In this document: piece after piece, positions 48,122 through 58,107 of the stretch | Layout of the letters: each line of letters opens with the position of its first letter | Numbering within the stretch: the stretch's first letter is position 1 | IMG/VR virus record: IMGVR_UViG_3300032050_013007 | Location: 1-64,000 of that record | DNA length: 64,000 nt | From: a virus | Direction: 5' to 3' (one strand) | The notes under the pieces: generated by a model | The model's database searches: none | The model's input: only the letters and a program-made list of their open reading frames with translations | Told to the model about the DNA's origin: nothing | Translations under genes and position numbers: made by a program

Positions 48122-50044
48122 ATGTCATTAGACCTTAAATCAGATTATAATAAAGCTAAGAGTAAAATCCAAGCTACCAAATCATACAAAGATTTAAAGG
48201 GTCAGTATGATAAAGCTCAAAAAAAAGTTGGTGATTCTTTAGAAAAAGGAAAGGACACGCTTAGTGACTCTAAAGAAAAATTTGAGGAACAATTAGATGT
48301 AATAAAAAATCAGGCAAAAAGATATCAAACTGAGAAAAAGAACCAATTAGAAGAACTTTTAGATATCAATAAAGTCACAGGTAATAATTCGGTTAGATAT
48401 ATTAAACAAAAAATGATTAAGGCGTTACAGAATATTCGCCCCAAAATTGATGAAATTTTAATAGAAGAAGCTATAAAGGCTGTTGGATGTGACCAACAAC
48501 AAACATATGACCCTGTAACTATTTATGTTAAAGTAAAATCAGTAGACCCTGCCGGACTTCTTAAAAAAAATCCAACATCTAAAGTTGCCAAAATTTTATA
48601 TGAAAAGGACGATGTTGTAATACAGAATTTTCCTTTTTCTTTTAATAAAGAATTATATAATAGAGTTCAAAATCCAGGTCAATTGTATAGTACCGCAAAT
48701 GGACAAAATTATTTTGGTAATTCGGGTAATGAGTTATTGGATATAAGTTTTGTAGAATTCAACAATTTTGGCGAATCAGGACCTTGGTTTCAAGTTGATT
48801 TGAAACAAAGAGTTGCCAGTTCACCTAATGTTGTCGGGGAATTTTTAGTAGACTATTTTAAAACGATTAATATTTTTGAATTTACCAATGTAATGGCAAA
48901 TATTATGAACTCACTTAGTGGGGCCATTTCAATTAAAGCCAATGTGGGAGTAAATGAAGTCACCGACTCAACAAAATTTGAAAGATATATTGCAAGAATT
49001 TTAGGTTTATGTTTTGATAATAGAAAACAAATAGATGTTAGTGGGGTGGCAAAAGTTGCTGAACTCGATGGGATTGATGAATCTTTTTACGAACTAACAC
49101 AAATTGAGTTAAGAAATGTTGAAAATAAAGTCAGTAACATCCAAAATGGTGTAGTTGAATTTGAAGATTGTGATACGGAGAAGCTTCCTGTTAATGCTGA
49201 CCAAATAGTTGACGCTCTTAATCAGTTAAACTTTGTTGAGGGTAGAGACCTTGACAAAGCTGCGGACTCATTATCGGATATTTTAGCACAAAATCCAGCA
49301 TGGAAAGGATTAGCAATTAACGGAAATATAAAGGCGGCAATTGATTTAAATTTTATAAAATTAATTACTCAGGGGTTAGTTTTTGCATTACTTGGACCAA
49401 AAGTTCTACTTCCTATTTTCACTATGTTAAAAGCGATAGGTAAAGAATTATGTGGTAATATTAATGGATTTGTTGATTTGCTTATTTGTTTTAAAGAATT
49501 CATGAAAGAGTTAATCTCTAAGATTGGTTCTTTGTTCATAAAAGAACTATTCAAATTAATCAAACGAGACATACTAAATCTAATCCAAGCGGTAATTAAA
49601 GATTTGTCTAAAGAGTTAAAAGACAAAAGAATTATTATGATTTTAAAATTGGTACAATTAATTTTAGTTGTGGCTCAATTTGTTAGGGATTGGAGAGAAT
49701 GTAAAAGTGTCGTAGACGAAATTTTGTGGTTACTTAATATTGCATTATCGGGTTGGGGGTCTCAAATTCCTCTTCCTCTATTGTACGCATCTCAATTATT
49801 AGACGGATTTTCTGCAACCAGAGCTTACATAGGGACAATAGAGGAACTACAAAAAATTGGGGTACCTACCGGTCCTATGCCTGATGGAAGTCCTAATTTA
49901 ACGGTTTTATCAATGTTGAGTCAGTTAAAGGCTCAAGTTACGGAAGAAGCTGAAAATGGTAAAGTTCAAATAGCGTTACCACCTTTAACCATAACTCCTG
50001 CGGGATTAACAGTACCACAAAGCGCATTCGGTAAAAAATTCTAA
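48122..50044 (+). CDS. Hypothetical protein (possibly baseplate-associated)
   Basis: 640 aa, helical; upstream of the gp5-like gene. Confidence 0.5.
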   Translation: MSLDLKSDYNKAKSKIQATKSYKDLKGQYDKAQKKVGDSLEKGKDTLSDSKEKFEEQLDVIKNQAKRYQTEKKNQLEELLDINKVTGNNSVRYIKQKMIKALQNIRPKIDEILIEEAIKAVGCDQQQTYDPVTIYVKVKSVDPAGLLKKNPTSKVAKILYEKDDVVIQNFPFSFNKELYNRVQNPGQLYSTANGQNYFGNSGNELLDISFVEFNNFGESGPWFQVDLKQRVASSPNVVGEFLVDYFKTINIFEFTNVMANIMNSLSGAISIKANVGVNEVTDSTKFERYIARILGLCFDNRKQIDVSGVAKVAELDGIDESFYELTQIELRNVENKVSNIQNGVVEFEDCDTEKLPVNADQIVDALNQLNFVEGRDLDKAADSLSDILAQNPAWKGLAINGNIKAAIDLNFIKLITQGLVFALLGPKVLLPIFTMLKAIGKELCGNINGFVDLLICFKEFMKELISKIGSLFIKELFKLIKRDILNLIQAVIKDLSKELKDKRIIMILKLVQLILVVAQFVRDWRECKSVVDEILWLLNIALSGWGSQIPLPLLYASQLLDGFSATRAYIGTIEELQKIGVPTGPMPDGSPNLTVLSMLSQLKAQVTEEAENGKVQIALPPLTITPAGLTVPQSAFGKKF

Positions 50045-50047
50045 ACT

Positions 50048-50263
50048 ATGGAAAATAAACAACACGCAGAAAAAGTAGTTCAAATAATAAAAGAGTATAA
50101 ATCCAGACCTAATAAAGATTTAACAATAGCTATGGATTTTTTAAAAGAAGATTTTGAAAAAACTAAGGACAGTCTCTTAAAACTAACTAATCATTTAGAT
50201 AAAGTTGAAAATTCTTATAATTTATTATTAAAAGAATACCAAAGTAGGAATCAATCAATATGA
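50048..50263 (+). CDS. Small coiled-coil hypothetical protein
   Basis: 71 aa, ATGA overlap with the next gene. Confidence 0.55.
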   Translation: MENKQHAEKVVQIIKEYKSRPNKDLTIAMDFLKEDFEKTKDSLLKLTNHLDKVENSYNLLLKEYQSRNQSI

Positions 50264-51858
50264 GAATAACCGAACAAAATAAACATCAAATAATATTTCC
50301 AGGTATCGTTTACGATGACAATGACCCTATGATGTTAGGTCGTATTAGAGTTATACCTGAAACTGAAAATTATTCAGATATAATTGCATCAGTACCAAAT
50401 TGGAATGAAAAAAAGGATATATGGACAAGTCGAGACCCTTTAATTTTTTTACCGTTACTTCCAGTTTTTTATAATCAGTCACCTAAAAAAGGAGAGTATG
50501 TTCATATATTTTATCAAAACAAAGAATTCCCATTTAAGAATCAATTTTACATACAAGGACCATTCTCAAGTCCGTTATTATTAAATTATGAAAATTACCA
50601 AGGGGCTAAAAAATTCTTAGCAACTGGAGATAGGATAAAACAAGGGTTGAGTATTAAAAATCAAGACGGTACTTATAAAGAAAAAAATAGTAAGGGAGTT
50701 TTTGCAGAACCTGAAGATGTTGCAATTTACGGTAGGGGGACTTCTGACTTAGTAATTAAAGATGAAGAACTATTATTAAGAGCCGGAAAAGTAAGAGGGT
50801 TCAAAACTAAAGAATTACCTACGGCAAACATTAACAGAGCTTTTTTACAACTTTCAAATTTTTCACAAACTAAAGAAAAATTACCAAAAGAAATAAAATT
50901 AAGTTTTATTGAAAATGTAAAAAATGTAAAAAAAATTATCATTTGGGATATTTCCAACTTAGAGAATGATGCTGACTCGTTCAATGGTTCTGTTGGTTTA
51001 TATGCTGCAATTCCACAACCAACTGGTGAAAATAACCCAATAACTACAAAAAATTTCAAAGCTAATACTATAACAAAATTATCGATTGGTACTGAATATC
51101 AAGGTCCTATTGAAGAAATAACATTTAACTCTAAATCCTACACTGAAATAGTTAATATTGTAAATTCATTTATAAGTGGTGTTTTTGGTGGTTTTTTAAA
51201 TGTTTCTGGTTATACAACAAACAGTCAACAAAATGTTACTCCTGAAAATGTATTTCCTCTAATAATTACTCCGTCAAAGGATGCTTACAAAACAGGGTCC
51301 AGAGTCAGTCCTAGTATTGACCCTTCACAATTAGTGGAATCTAGAAATTTTATGAAATTTTTTAAGGGTATTAACATTGACCCCGCTAAACCTAACAAAT
51401 CAGGTTTCTTCTTAATTTCTGATAATAGAATCGGTACTCCTGTATTCGGACCGCAGCAAGATGTTAAGATAAATAGAATAACCCCAACAATATTTACACC
51501 TGACCAAATAAGTTACGGTGTAATGGGTGCTCAAAAAATTTATCTATTATCCCATAACTCAACACATCCTAGTGGAGGTAAGATAAATTTACAAGATACA
51601 ATTTACGGAATACCTCAGGATAAATTTATTGGTGATAACAGAAGTATTGAATCTCTGAGTTTCTCAAGCATAAGAGGTGAAAAAATGTTAGAATTGATTA
51701 GAAAGATATTCTCTTTTGTGAAGGGTCATGTTCATGCAATTGCAACAACTCCACCAATACCAGTAACTGAAGGTAATGGTATTACTACCGCTGAAATTGA
51801 CCAGATACTTGCCGACGCTGAAAATACCATCCTTAATCAAAATATCCGTATTAATTGA
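50260..51858 (+). CDS. Baseplate hub/central spike protein (gp5/VgrG-like)
   Basis: GIVYDDNDPMMLGRIRV OB-fold start, PKKGEYV, GRGTSDL..LLRAGK, C-terminal RGEK...HVH. Confidence 0.7.
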   Translation: MRITEQNKHQIIFPGIVYDDNDPMMLGRIRVIPETENYSDIIASVPNWNEKKDIWTSRDPLIFLPLLPVFYNQSPKKGEYVHIFYQNKEFPFKNQFYIQGPFSSPLLLNYENYQGAKKFLATGDRIKQGLSIKNQDGTYKEKNSKGVFAEPEDVAIYGRGTSDLVIKDEELLLRAGKVRGFKTKELPTANINRAFLQLSNFSQTKEKLPKEIKLSFIENVKNVKKIIIWDISNLENDADSFNGSVGLYAAIPQPTGENNPITTKNFKANTITKLSIGTEYQGPIEEITFNSKSYTEIVNIVNSFISGVFGGFLNVSGYTTNSQQNVTPENVFPLIITPSKDAYKTGSRVSPSIDPSQLVESRNFMKFFKGINIDPAKPNKSGFFLISDNRIGTPVFGPQQDVKINRITPTIFTPDQISYGVMGAQKIYLLSHNSTHPSGGKINLQDTIYGIPQDKFIGDNRSIESLSFSSIRGEKMLELIRKIFSFVKGHVHAIATTPPIPVTEGNGITTAEIDQILADAENTILNQNIRIN

Positions 51859-51880
51859 TATTTATAATTAAAAGTTATAA

Positions 51881-53347
51881 ATGTCTATAAACAATTCTTA
51901 TTTCAGTAAGAACAACACAATACTATCAAATAGTTTTACTAATACAGGAAGAAATCCTGTAACAGAATTATTTTTTGGTAATTTTGTTTATTCTGAATTC
52001 CCAAATGGATATAGTAGATTCATATTTGATTTAGATTTAACACTACTTAGGTCAAAAATTGCCGATGGAACAATATCAACAACTTGTTCAAGTGCAATGA
52101 CTCACACTCTTAGAATGGTTAATACATCGTTCTTTGAAGAGGAATTAAAAAATACTCCGACTTCAAATGGAAGAATGAGAGCAACCTCGTTTGACCTTAT
52201 ATTATTTAGAATACCTTACGCAAATTCAGAATTACAAACTCCTCAAAATTGGGACGAAGGTGTTGGTTATGATTTTGCGGATTTAATTTATGAATTTAAG
52301 GACGCGGATAAAAACTTTTCAGATAGACCATCAAACTGGTTTCAAACTACAACAATTGATAACTGGACTCAAGAAGGTATATACAACAATAAAAACACAG
52401 GTACGGTAAACTATTCGGCACTAACCATTGTTGACACTCAGCATTTTGAATTTGGGGACGAGAATATCTCCTTTGATATGACTGACGAGATTAATAATAT
52501 TCTTAACGGTAGTTTAGTTAATACAACGGGGTGGGGTATAGCATATTTACCTCAGGTTGAAAATTTAACAGGGTTAACTCAACCATACGAAGTTCAATTT
52601 TTTACTCGTCATACCCAAACATTTTATGAACCTTACTTAGAAACTAATTATAATGATTTAATACAAGATGATAGGAACTTATTTACATTAGGTAAAAGTA
52701 ATAAGTTATATCTGTATTTATTCGATGATGGTAACCCAATTAATTTGGATGTATTACCTACGGTGAATTTAACCGATGGGTCGGGTGATTTAATACCGGG
52801 AGCGTCAGGCTTAACCGCTTGTAGAAGAACTAAAGGAGTATATGAGGTTACAATACCACCACTAATCGGGTATAAAACACCTTGTACATTTAGTGATGAA
52901 TGGTCAGGATTAATTTTAAATGGATTAACACTTTCAGACATTACAAATGAATTTGTAGTTTACCCATTAAAGAAATCTTTATCTATTGGTTTAGATTCTG
53001 TAGAACCAAAACTATATGGGTTTGATTATTATGGTATTAAACAAGATGAAAAGATTTTTAATACTGATATTAGAAAAGTTGGTGTAATAATTAAACAAGC
53101 TTACTCGACCGCTAAACTTCTACCAAAGGTTGATGCCTCATATAGAATTTATGTTAGAGAAGGTCAAACTGAAGTTCAGGTACAAGACTGGACTAAGGTT
53201 AATAGAACACCGAACGAATATTATTTTATTTTTGATACAAGAGATAAAATACCTAATGAATATTACATCGACATACAAGTTGTTAGTTCTGGAGAAGTTA
53301 ATACATATAAGAGACAAATTAAATTCCAAATAGTTAATTACAAATAA
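51881..53347 (+). CDS. Putative baseplate/virion structural protein
   Basis: 488 aa beta-rich (NTGRNP, WDEGVGYD, FFTRHTQTFYEPYLE); late motif upstream. Confidence 0.5.
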   Translation: MSINNSYFSKNNTILSNSFTNTGRNPVTELFFGNFVYSEFPNGYSRFIFDLDLTLLRSKIADGTISTTCSSAMTHTLRMVNTSFFEEELKNTPTSNGRMRATSFDLILFRIPYANSELQTPQNWDEGVGYDFADLIYEFKDADKNFSDRPSNWFQTTTIDNWTQEGIYNNKNTGTVNYSALTIVDTQHFEFGDENISFDMTDEINNILNGSLVNTTGWGIAYLPQVENLTGLTQPYEVQFFTRHTQTFYEPYLETNYNDLIQDDRNLFTLGKSNKLYLYLFDDGNPINLDVLPTVNLTDGSGDLIPGASGLTACRRTKGVYEVTIPPLIGYKTPCTFSDEWSGLILNGLTLSDITNEFVVYPLKKSLSIGLDSVEPKLYGFDYYGIKQDEKIFNTDIRKVGVIIKQAYSTAKLLPKVDASYRIYVREGQTEVQVQDWTKVNRTPNEYYFIFDTRDKIPNEYYIDIQVVSSGEVNTYKRQIKFQIVNYK

Positions 53348-53379
53348 ATAAAATTAGATATTTATAATAAAAAACCACA

Positions 53380-53766
53380 ATGGCATATAGAAATATGACG
53401 GGTACTACCTGTGGAAATGGGGAAGTACTTACATTTATAGCGGATGACTCTGGAGTATCAGCCAGTACTTTTTACCAATTAAGTACAGGTTTATGTATAC
53501 AAATTACTGCGGTTAATACCGCATATACCGAAACTAATAACACGGTTTCTTTAGTTAAACAATACGCAAATTGTGCGGCTTGTTTAGCTCCTATTTCGGC
53601 AAATACCGAACAAGTAATTGGATTCTATTTAAATAGCGATATTAATAATGGTGACGACACTGGAAAAACTTTTGTACCACCTCATCCTGTTTGGACTAAT
53701 GGTCAAAATCACGCAGTTGTCCAACTTAATATGATTACTCTTGGTGGTAATGGTTTAAATTCTTAA
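53380..53766 (+). CDS. Small Cys-containing putative virion protein
   Basis: 128 aa, YANCAACL; TATTTATA at 53359. Confidence 0.5.
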   Translation: MAYRNMTGTTCGNGEVLTFIADDSGVSASTFYQLSTGLCIQITAVNTAYTETNNTVSLVKQYANCAACLAPISANTEQVIGFYLNSDINNGDDTGKTFVPPHPVWTNGQNHAVVQLNMITLGGNGLNS

Positions 53767-53770
53767 TACT

Positions 53771-54247
53771 ATGAAAAAAATTAAATTGTCTGAAAACGAA
53801 TTAAACAAAATCATTAAAAGAGTAATTGAGGAACAAGGTTCCGATAGATATATGTTCTTTTCAAACTTAGAACAAATGAGAAGACAATGTGATATATTGT
53901 TAAGTAAAAATAGAGATGAAATTGATTCTATTTTAGACAATGGTCACGATTGGGCTCAAGACCATATTGCCGAAGCAAAAAATAATATGGACCAAGTGTT
54001 TGATTTCTTAATGAATGAAACAACCGATGAAGGCGATTTAGATGACCAATCGGACGAAGAGGAAATGGTTATGATGGAAGGTCGTAAAAAGTCAGGTACA
54101 AAATTGTGTGCTAGAGGAAAAGCGGCGGCTAAGGCAAAATTTAAAGTTTGGCCCTCAGCTTATGGGAACGGTTTTGCGGTTCAGGTTTGCCAAGGTCGAA
54201 TGAAAGGGCTTGACGGTAAAAAAAGATGTTCTCCACCTTATTGTTAA
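53771..54247 (+). CDS. Hypothetical protein with basic Cys-containing C-domain
   Basis: Leader MKKIKLSENELNKIIKRVIEE; LCARGKAAAKAKFKVWPSAY motif. Confidence 0.6.
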   Translation: MKKIKLSENELNKIIKRVIEEQGSDRYMFFSNLEQMRRQCDILLSKNRDEIDSILDNGHDWAQDHIAEAKNNMDQVFDFLMNETTDEGDLDDQSDEEEMVMMEGRKKSGTKLCARGKAAAKAKFKVWPSAYGNGFAVQVCQGRMKGLDGKKRCSPPYC

Positions 54248-54250
54248 TGT

Positions 54251-54619
54251 ATGGAATTTATAAAAAAATATTGGTATTACTCAGTTATATTGGGGTTAGT
54301 TCTTTACATAATAACAACTCCAAAAAAAGTTTACAGAGTTGTCCCAAAAGAGAACGACAAATATGTTAAAGTTATAGATAAGTTAAAAGATAGTATCAAT
54401 AACTTGAACTTAGAAAAAAATACCTTACTTTTGAATAAACCAACTTCCCAAGTTGAGACCGTTACGGTAACCATTAAATCACCACCAAAAGAAAAAATAA
54501 TTTATCAAAATGAAGTCATTGTTCAAGAATCTGATTGTATTGATTTTTATTCTGACCGCAAGCTTGACAGTTTGTGGACAGGAAGTAGAACTACCAAAAA
54601 GAATAATCTTAAAAGGTGA
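54251..54619 (+). CDS. N-terminally membrane-anchored coiled-coil protein (i-spanin-like)
   Basis: Hydrophobic WYYSVILGLVLYII then a coiled coil; overlaps the next gene by 110 nt. Confidence 0.4.
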   Translation: MEFIKKYWYYSVILGLVLYIITTPKKVYRVVPKENDKYVKVIDKLKDSINNLNLEKNTLLLNKPTSQVETVTVTIKSPPKEKIIYQNEVIVQESDCIDFYSDRKLDSLWTGSRTTKKNNLKR

Positions 54620-55013
54620 TTCGGGTGTTTTCTTCACAAAAAAACAAGAAAAAGTATTAATATACAAGTTGAATTATATCAAAACCCTTGAAAGACAGAT
54701 TGATTCGTTAGAAAACGAAAACCAAAAATGTTCGGTTAATTTAAAAGCATCTGAAATAACTAATGAAGTTATTTCAAAAAGAAAAGAAGATTTATATCAA
54801 ATTGTAAGTATACAAGATTCGTTAATAAAAGGTCAAGAAAGTATAATCAATACTAAAGACGAAAAATTACGTAAATGGAAAAAAACAACTCTTTGCACTG
54901 GAGTTGTTGCGGTTGGTTGTGTTTTTGCCGGAGTCACAGGTGCTTGGTTACCCGCAGTCGCGGTAATTGCCGTTACCGAAGCCGCAATTATTTTTACAAA
55001 AAAAACAAAATAA
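54510..55013 (+). CDS. Secreted coiled-coil protein with C-terminal hydrophobic segment (spanin-like)
   Basis: Signal peptide ...LTVCG/Q, coiled coil, C-terminal TM. Confidence 0.4.
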   Translation: MKSLFKNLIVLIFILTASLTVCGQEVELPKRIILKGDSGVFFTKKQEKVLIYKLNYIKTLERQIDSLENENQKCSVNLKASEITNEVISKRKEDLYQIVSIQDSLIKGQESIINTKDEKLRKWKKTTLCTGVVAVGCVFAGVTGAWLPAVAVIAVTEAAIIFTKKTK

Positions 55014-55014
55014 G

Positions 55015-55047
55015 TTTGTCAGTTATCTAATTTTTTTTTTATCTTTG
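55015..55047 (+). promoter_or_regulatory. Bacteroidota-type housekeeping promoter
   Basis: TTTG (55015)-N21-TATCTTTG (55040-55047) upstream of the ATG at 55074. Confidence 0.6.
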
Positions 55048-55073
55048 TAGTCATAAATAAAAGAACTATAAAA

Positions 55074-55499
55074 ATGAACATTATTAAGACAAAACTGAAA
55101 AAACTTTACTCAAAATTTATTATTTGGTCTCAGAAAAAAATTAAAGCAAATCAAAGGAGTAAAGAAGAGAATATTAAAACTTGTGTTTCAATATGTCGCA
55201 AATTAATAAAACACGAAAGTTCTAAGTTTGTTATCGCACCTATATCGGGTAAAAAATATATTAAAAATAAAGAGCTAGGTCTTTTTGTAATTCTAGATGG
55301 TGGTAAAGTTAGTATCACAAACCACGTTTACCATTATGATATATTTTTAGATTTGAAAGAGTGGGATAGTGTTGTACGAATGTATGATGCGAGAACCGAA
55401 AAAGAAGTACAAGTATATGAAAATGAAATAAAATCTCAGATTGAGGTCTCCCTATCAACGATACTTACAAAAGTTAGTGAAAATAATTTAGTTATTTAA
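55074..55499 (+). CDS. Hypothetical basic protein
   Basis: 141 aa with its own host-type promoter. Confidence 0.6.
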   Translation: MNIIKTKLKKLYSKFIIWSQKKIKANQRSKEENIKTCVSICRKLIKHESSKFVIAPISGKKYIKNKELGLFVILDGGKVSITNHVYHYDIFLDLKEWDSVVRMYDARTEKEVQVYENEIKSQIEVSLSTILTKVSENNLVI

Positions 55500-56214
55500 T
55501 CTCTTTTATAATCTTATCAATTAACCTATCAAGAGATTCGTTTTGATTTTTTCTTGGTTTGTATGATGTCATTTTTGGTGAATTTCCTGTTCCTGATTTA
55601 TTATGGGTTTTTTCCGCTCTCCTTTTTTGAGCACAAGCGGCCTTTTTCTGAGAATCCGACATTTTTGAGGCAACTCCTGCCGCTCTACATTTAGGGTATC
55701 CTTTATCAGAAGCTTCAGGTCTACCACATGGAGGGTGACCACCACCTTCTTTTGTTCTACATATATTAACCCAAGGACCCTTAGGTTGACTACTACCCTT
55801 TGGTTTTTTCTTAGTTCCAAACCATACTGCTAAATCTTCTGAGATAGTACTCTCATTTATTTCAACCCACTCTTTAATTGGTACAAAATTTAATCCTTTA
55901 CCAGGGGTTTGATTTATATTATTTCCATCATCATCACTAAATGTCATGTACGGATTTTTTTTCATTTTATTAGTAATTTTTCGTGCAACCTTTTCAATTT
56001 TTTTTATTTGGTCTAATCTTTCATTCATTTTACCATCATAACTATCGTACTGTAATAACGGACTATCATATTCTGATACAGGTATATTAAATGGTTGTAA
56101 TTGTGTTTTATCAAAAGGTCTTATGCCTGGTTGTAGTGCGGTAATATAAGAACCGGCACCACCTGAATCTGACGCAGCTTCCAATAAAACTTTTTTTATT
56201 ATGTCACTTAACAT
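55492..56214 (-). CDS. Hypothetical protein with basic Cys motif domain (possible head protein)
   Basis: EDLAVWF...WVNIC...PCGR...YPKC motif; leader IIKKVLLE. Confidence 0.6.
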   Translation of the reverse strand: MLSDIIKKVLLEAASDSGGAGSYITALQPGIRPFDKTQLQPFNIPVSEYDSPLLQYDSYDGKMNERLDQIKKIEKVARKITNKMKKNPYMTFSDDDGNNINQTPGKGLNFVPIKEWVEINESTISEDLAVWFGTKKKPKGSSQPKGPWVNICRTKEGGGHPPCGRPEASDKGYPKCRAAGVASKMSDSQKKAACAQKRRAEKTHNKSGTGNSPKMTSYKPRKNQNESLDRLIDKIIKEIK

Positions 56215-56253
56215 TTTAAAATAAAATTCTTATTATTATAAATATATCATTTT

Positions 56254-56493
56254 ATGGAAAACCAAGAAGAAGAATTATACGGAAAAATATTTGATGAAAT
56301 TCCTTTAATTAGTGAAGAACATTTAGAATTGATTTTGTCAAATATGTCTTATGATGAGTCAATTTATTTTTTAACTCAAGCATGTAAATCCGCTTACCAC
56401 AGAGGAGCATTCTCTATAGGAGAAAGTGAAATAATCTCTAAAGCCATTAGAATTATATCTAAAACAAAAAATAAAACAACTACTGAGGATTAA
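56254..56493 (+). CDS. Hypothetical protein
   Basis: 79-aa ORF filling the gap. Confidence 0.55.
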   Translation: MENQEEELYGKIFDEIPLISEEHLELILSNMSYDESIYFLTQACKSAYHRGAFSIGESEIISKAIRIISKTKNKTTTED

Positions 56494-56936
56494 TCTCCTG
56501 AAGACGGGTCTTCTTTTCCTGTTGTGGATGTATTAGACCCTGTCGATGTTACAGTACCTGTTCCTGTGGTATTAGTTCCTGTAGTTGATGTGTTAGTTTG
56601 AGTAGTTGCAGTATTACTTCCTGTAGTTGATGTGTTAGTTTGAGTAGTTGCGGTATTACTTCCTGTAGTTTCTGTACTAGCGGTACTTGGTGCTGATGTA
56701 ACTCCACCTGTTTTAATAGTATCTAAAGCCTTTACTATTGCTGCTGATGTTTTTGGTCCAAATCTGTTATCCGCGACTAAACCCGCATTAAAAGGTGCTT
56801 GATTTAATTTGTTTTGAATATCTTGAATTGTATAATTGGTAGTTTGCTCAAACAAAAACGTGTTATACCCAACTTTAAGATGCTTAGATAAAATTTGTCT
56901 TCTTTCTACTTCTGAAATTAATATTCTTTTTTTCAT
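56490..56936 (-). CDS. Peptidoglycan-binding-like protein with Thr-rich tail
   Basis: IQDIQNKLN...LVADNRFGPKTSAAI (PG_binding_1-like); 42-bp repeat TGSNTATTQTNTST x2. Confidence 0.6.
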   Translation of the reverse strand: MKKRILISEVERRQILSKHLKVGYNTFLFEQTTNYTIQDIQNKLNQAPFNAGLVADNRFGPKTSAAIVKALDTIKTGGVTSAPSTASTETTGSNTATTQTNTSTTGSNTATTQTNTSTTGTNTTGTGTVTSTGSNTSTTGKEDPSSGD

Positions 56937-56955
56937 GTAAATATTTTTTAATTAA

Positions 56956-58029
56956 TTAATCACCGCTTGATGCACTGCTTGTTGTTGATTGTACTTCGTA
57001 AGGTGTTGGTGTCGGCGTTGGTGGTTTAACTCCATTTGTTAGTAAATCCATTATTTTGTTTATAGTTGTTTGGTCCATAGAACCTGTTGGTTTATAGGTT
57101 GAATCCAATTCAACTATTTTGTTTTGTACATTAGATATAGAACTACCTCCAGTTCCTTGTCTATTTCCCTTACTTCGTCTATGTCGACTACCACTACTAC
57201 CACCACTTCCACTACCACTTCCACTACCTGAACTATCAACCGCTCCCCAACCAGCTTCAGTAATCATTCTAACAAACTCTCTCTTCTTTGACTCCATTTG
57301 TGGTGTCAAATCGGTATTTGTTTTGTCCGTATATGCACCTGAAGTTTTTTCTAATTTACCCGCTTTACAAGCGTAATATCCAAAATCTTTCCAATTTTTA
57401 TCATATAAACGACCATCACCTATAAAAAATATAAATTCATTATTATTTATATTTGCTCTTAAATAATCACCATACTGAGAACAAACTGGTTTTGTGTCAA
57501 AAAACATATCAGGACTTGTACAAGGATATTTTTGCTGAACCTTATTCCAATCCCAACCCTTACATCCGCCAGCGGTTGCTCCTCCTAGAGATTTTGGTTG
57601 CACCGTTTCCGCCTGTTGAATTAAATTTTTTAACTGTTCTTTAGCCTTTACTCCATTAGGACTTAATCCTACATAAGTAAAGGATTCAATTTCATTGAAC
57701 AGTGTATCCCCTTCATCGGCCCTATACTGTATTAACAAAGCTTGTAATGCGTTTATTAATTTTTTATCATTTAAATTTGTGTCGTCAAGATACCACTGAT
57801 TAATTAATCTCGCAGCAATATCCCTAATTTTCACTAAGCCACTCTCAGTCACATAAAAATCTAACGTATCAACAAATGTTTGAACGTCTCCACTTAAATC
57901 ATTATCTTTATATGGGTCTTGTTCAGTTCCGGCAGATTCATTTAATAAATATTGATTTTTAGTAGCGTTAGAATGCATCTCTAAAATCCTATTTTTTTCG
58001 CTATCGTCCAAATAATACAATTTTTTCAT
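56956..58029 (-). CDS. Hypothetical protein with degenerate PG-binding-like C-domain
   Basis: SEKNRILEMH leader; VQNKI...TGSMDQTT; ends SSGD like its neighbour. Confidence 0.55.
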   Translation of the reverse strand: MKKLYYLDDSEKNRILEMHSNATKNQYLLNESAGTEQDPYKDNDLSGDVQTFVDTLDFYVTESGLVKIRDIAARLINQWYLDDTNLNDKKLINALQALLIQYRADEGDTLFNEIESFTYVGLSPNGVKAKEQLKNLIQQAETVQPKSLGGATAGGCKGWDWNKVQQKYPCTSPDMFFDTKPVCSQYGDYLRANINNNEFIFFIGDGRLYDKNWKDFGYYACKAGKLEKTSGAYTDKTNTDLTPQMESKKREFVRMITEAGWGAVDSSGSGSGSGSGGSSGSRHRRSKGNRQGTGGSSISNVQNKIVELDSTYKPTGSMDQTTINKIMDLLTNGVKPPTPTPTPYEVQSTTSSASSGD

Positions 58030-58063
58030 TTTGAAATGTTTTATATATAAATATCTAATAAAT

Positions 58064-58089
58064 AAAAAAAGGGAGTAAACTCCCTTTTT
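58064..58089 (-). terminator. Intrinsic terminator
   Basis: AAAAAAAGGGAGT-AA-ACTCCCTTTTT after the protease gene. Confidence 0.8.
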
Positions 58090-58107
58090 AAAATACTTTT
58101 TTTGTTT

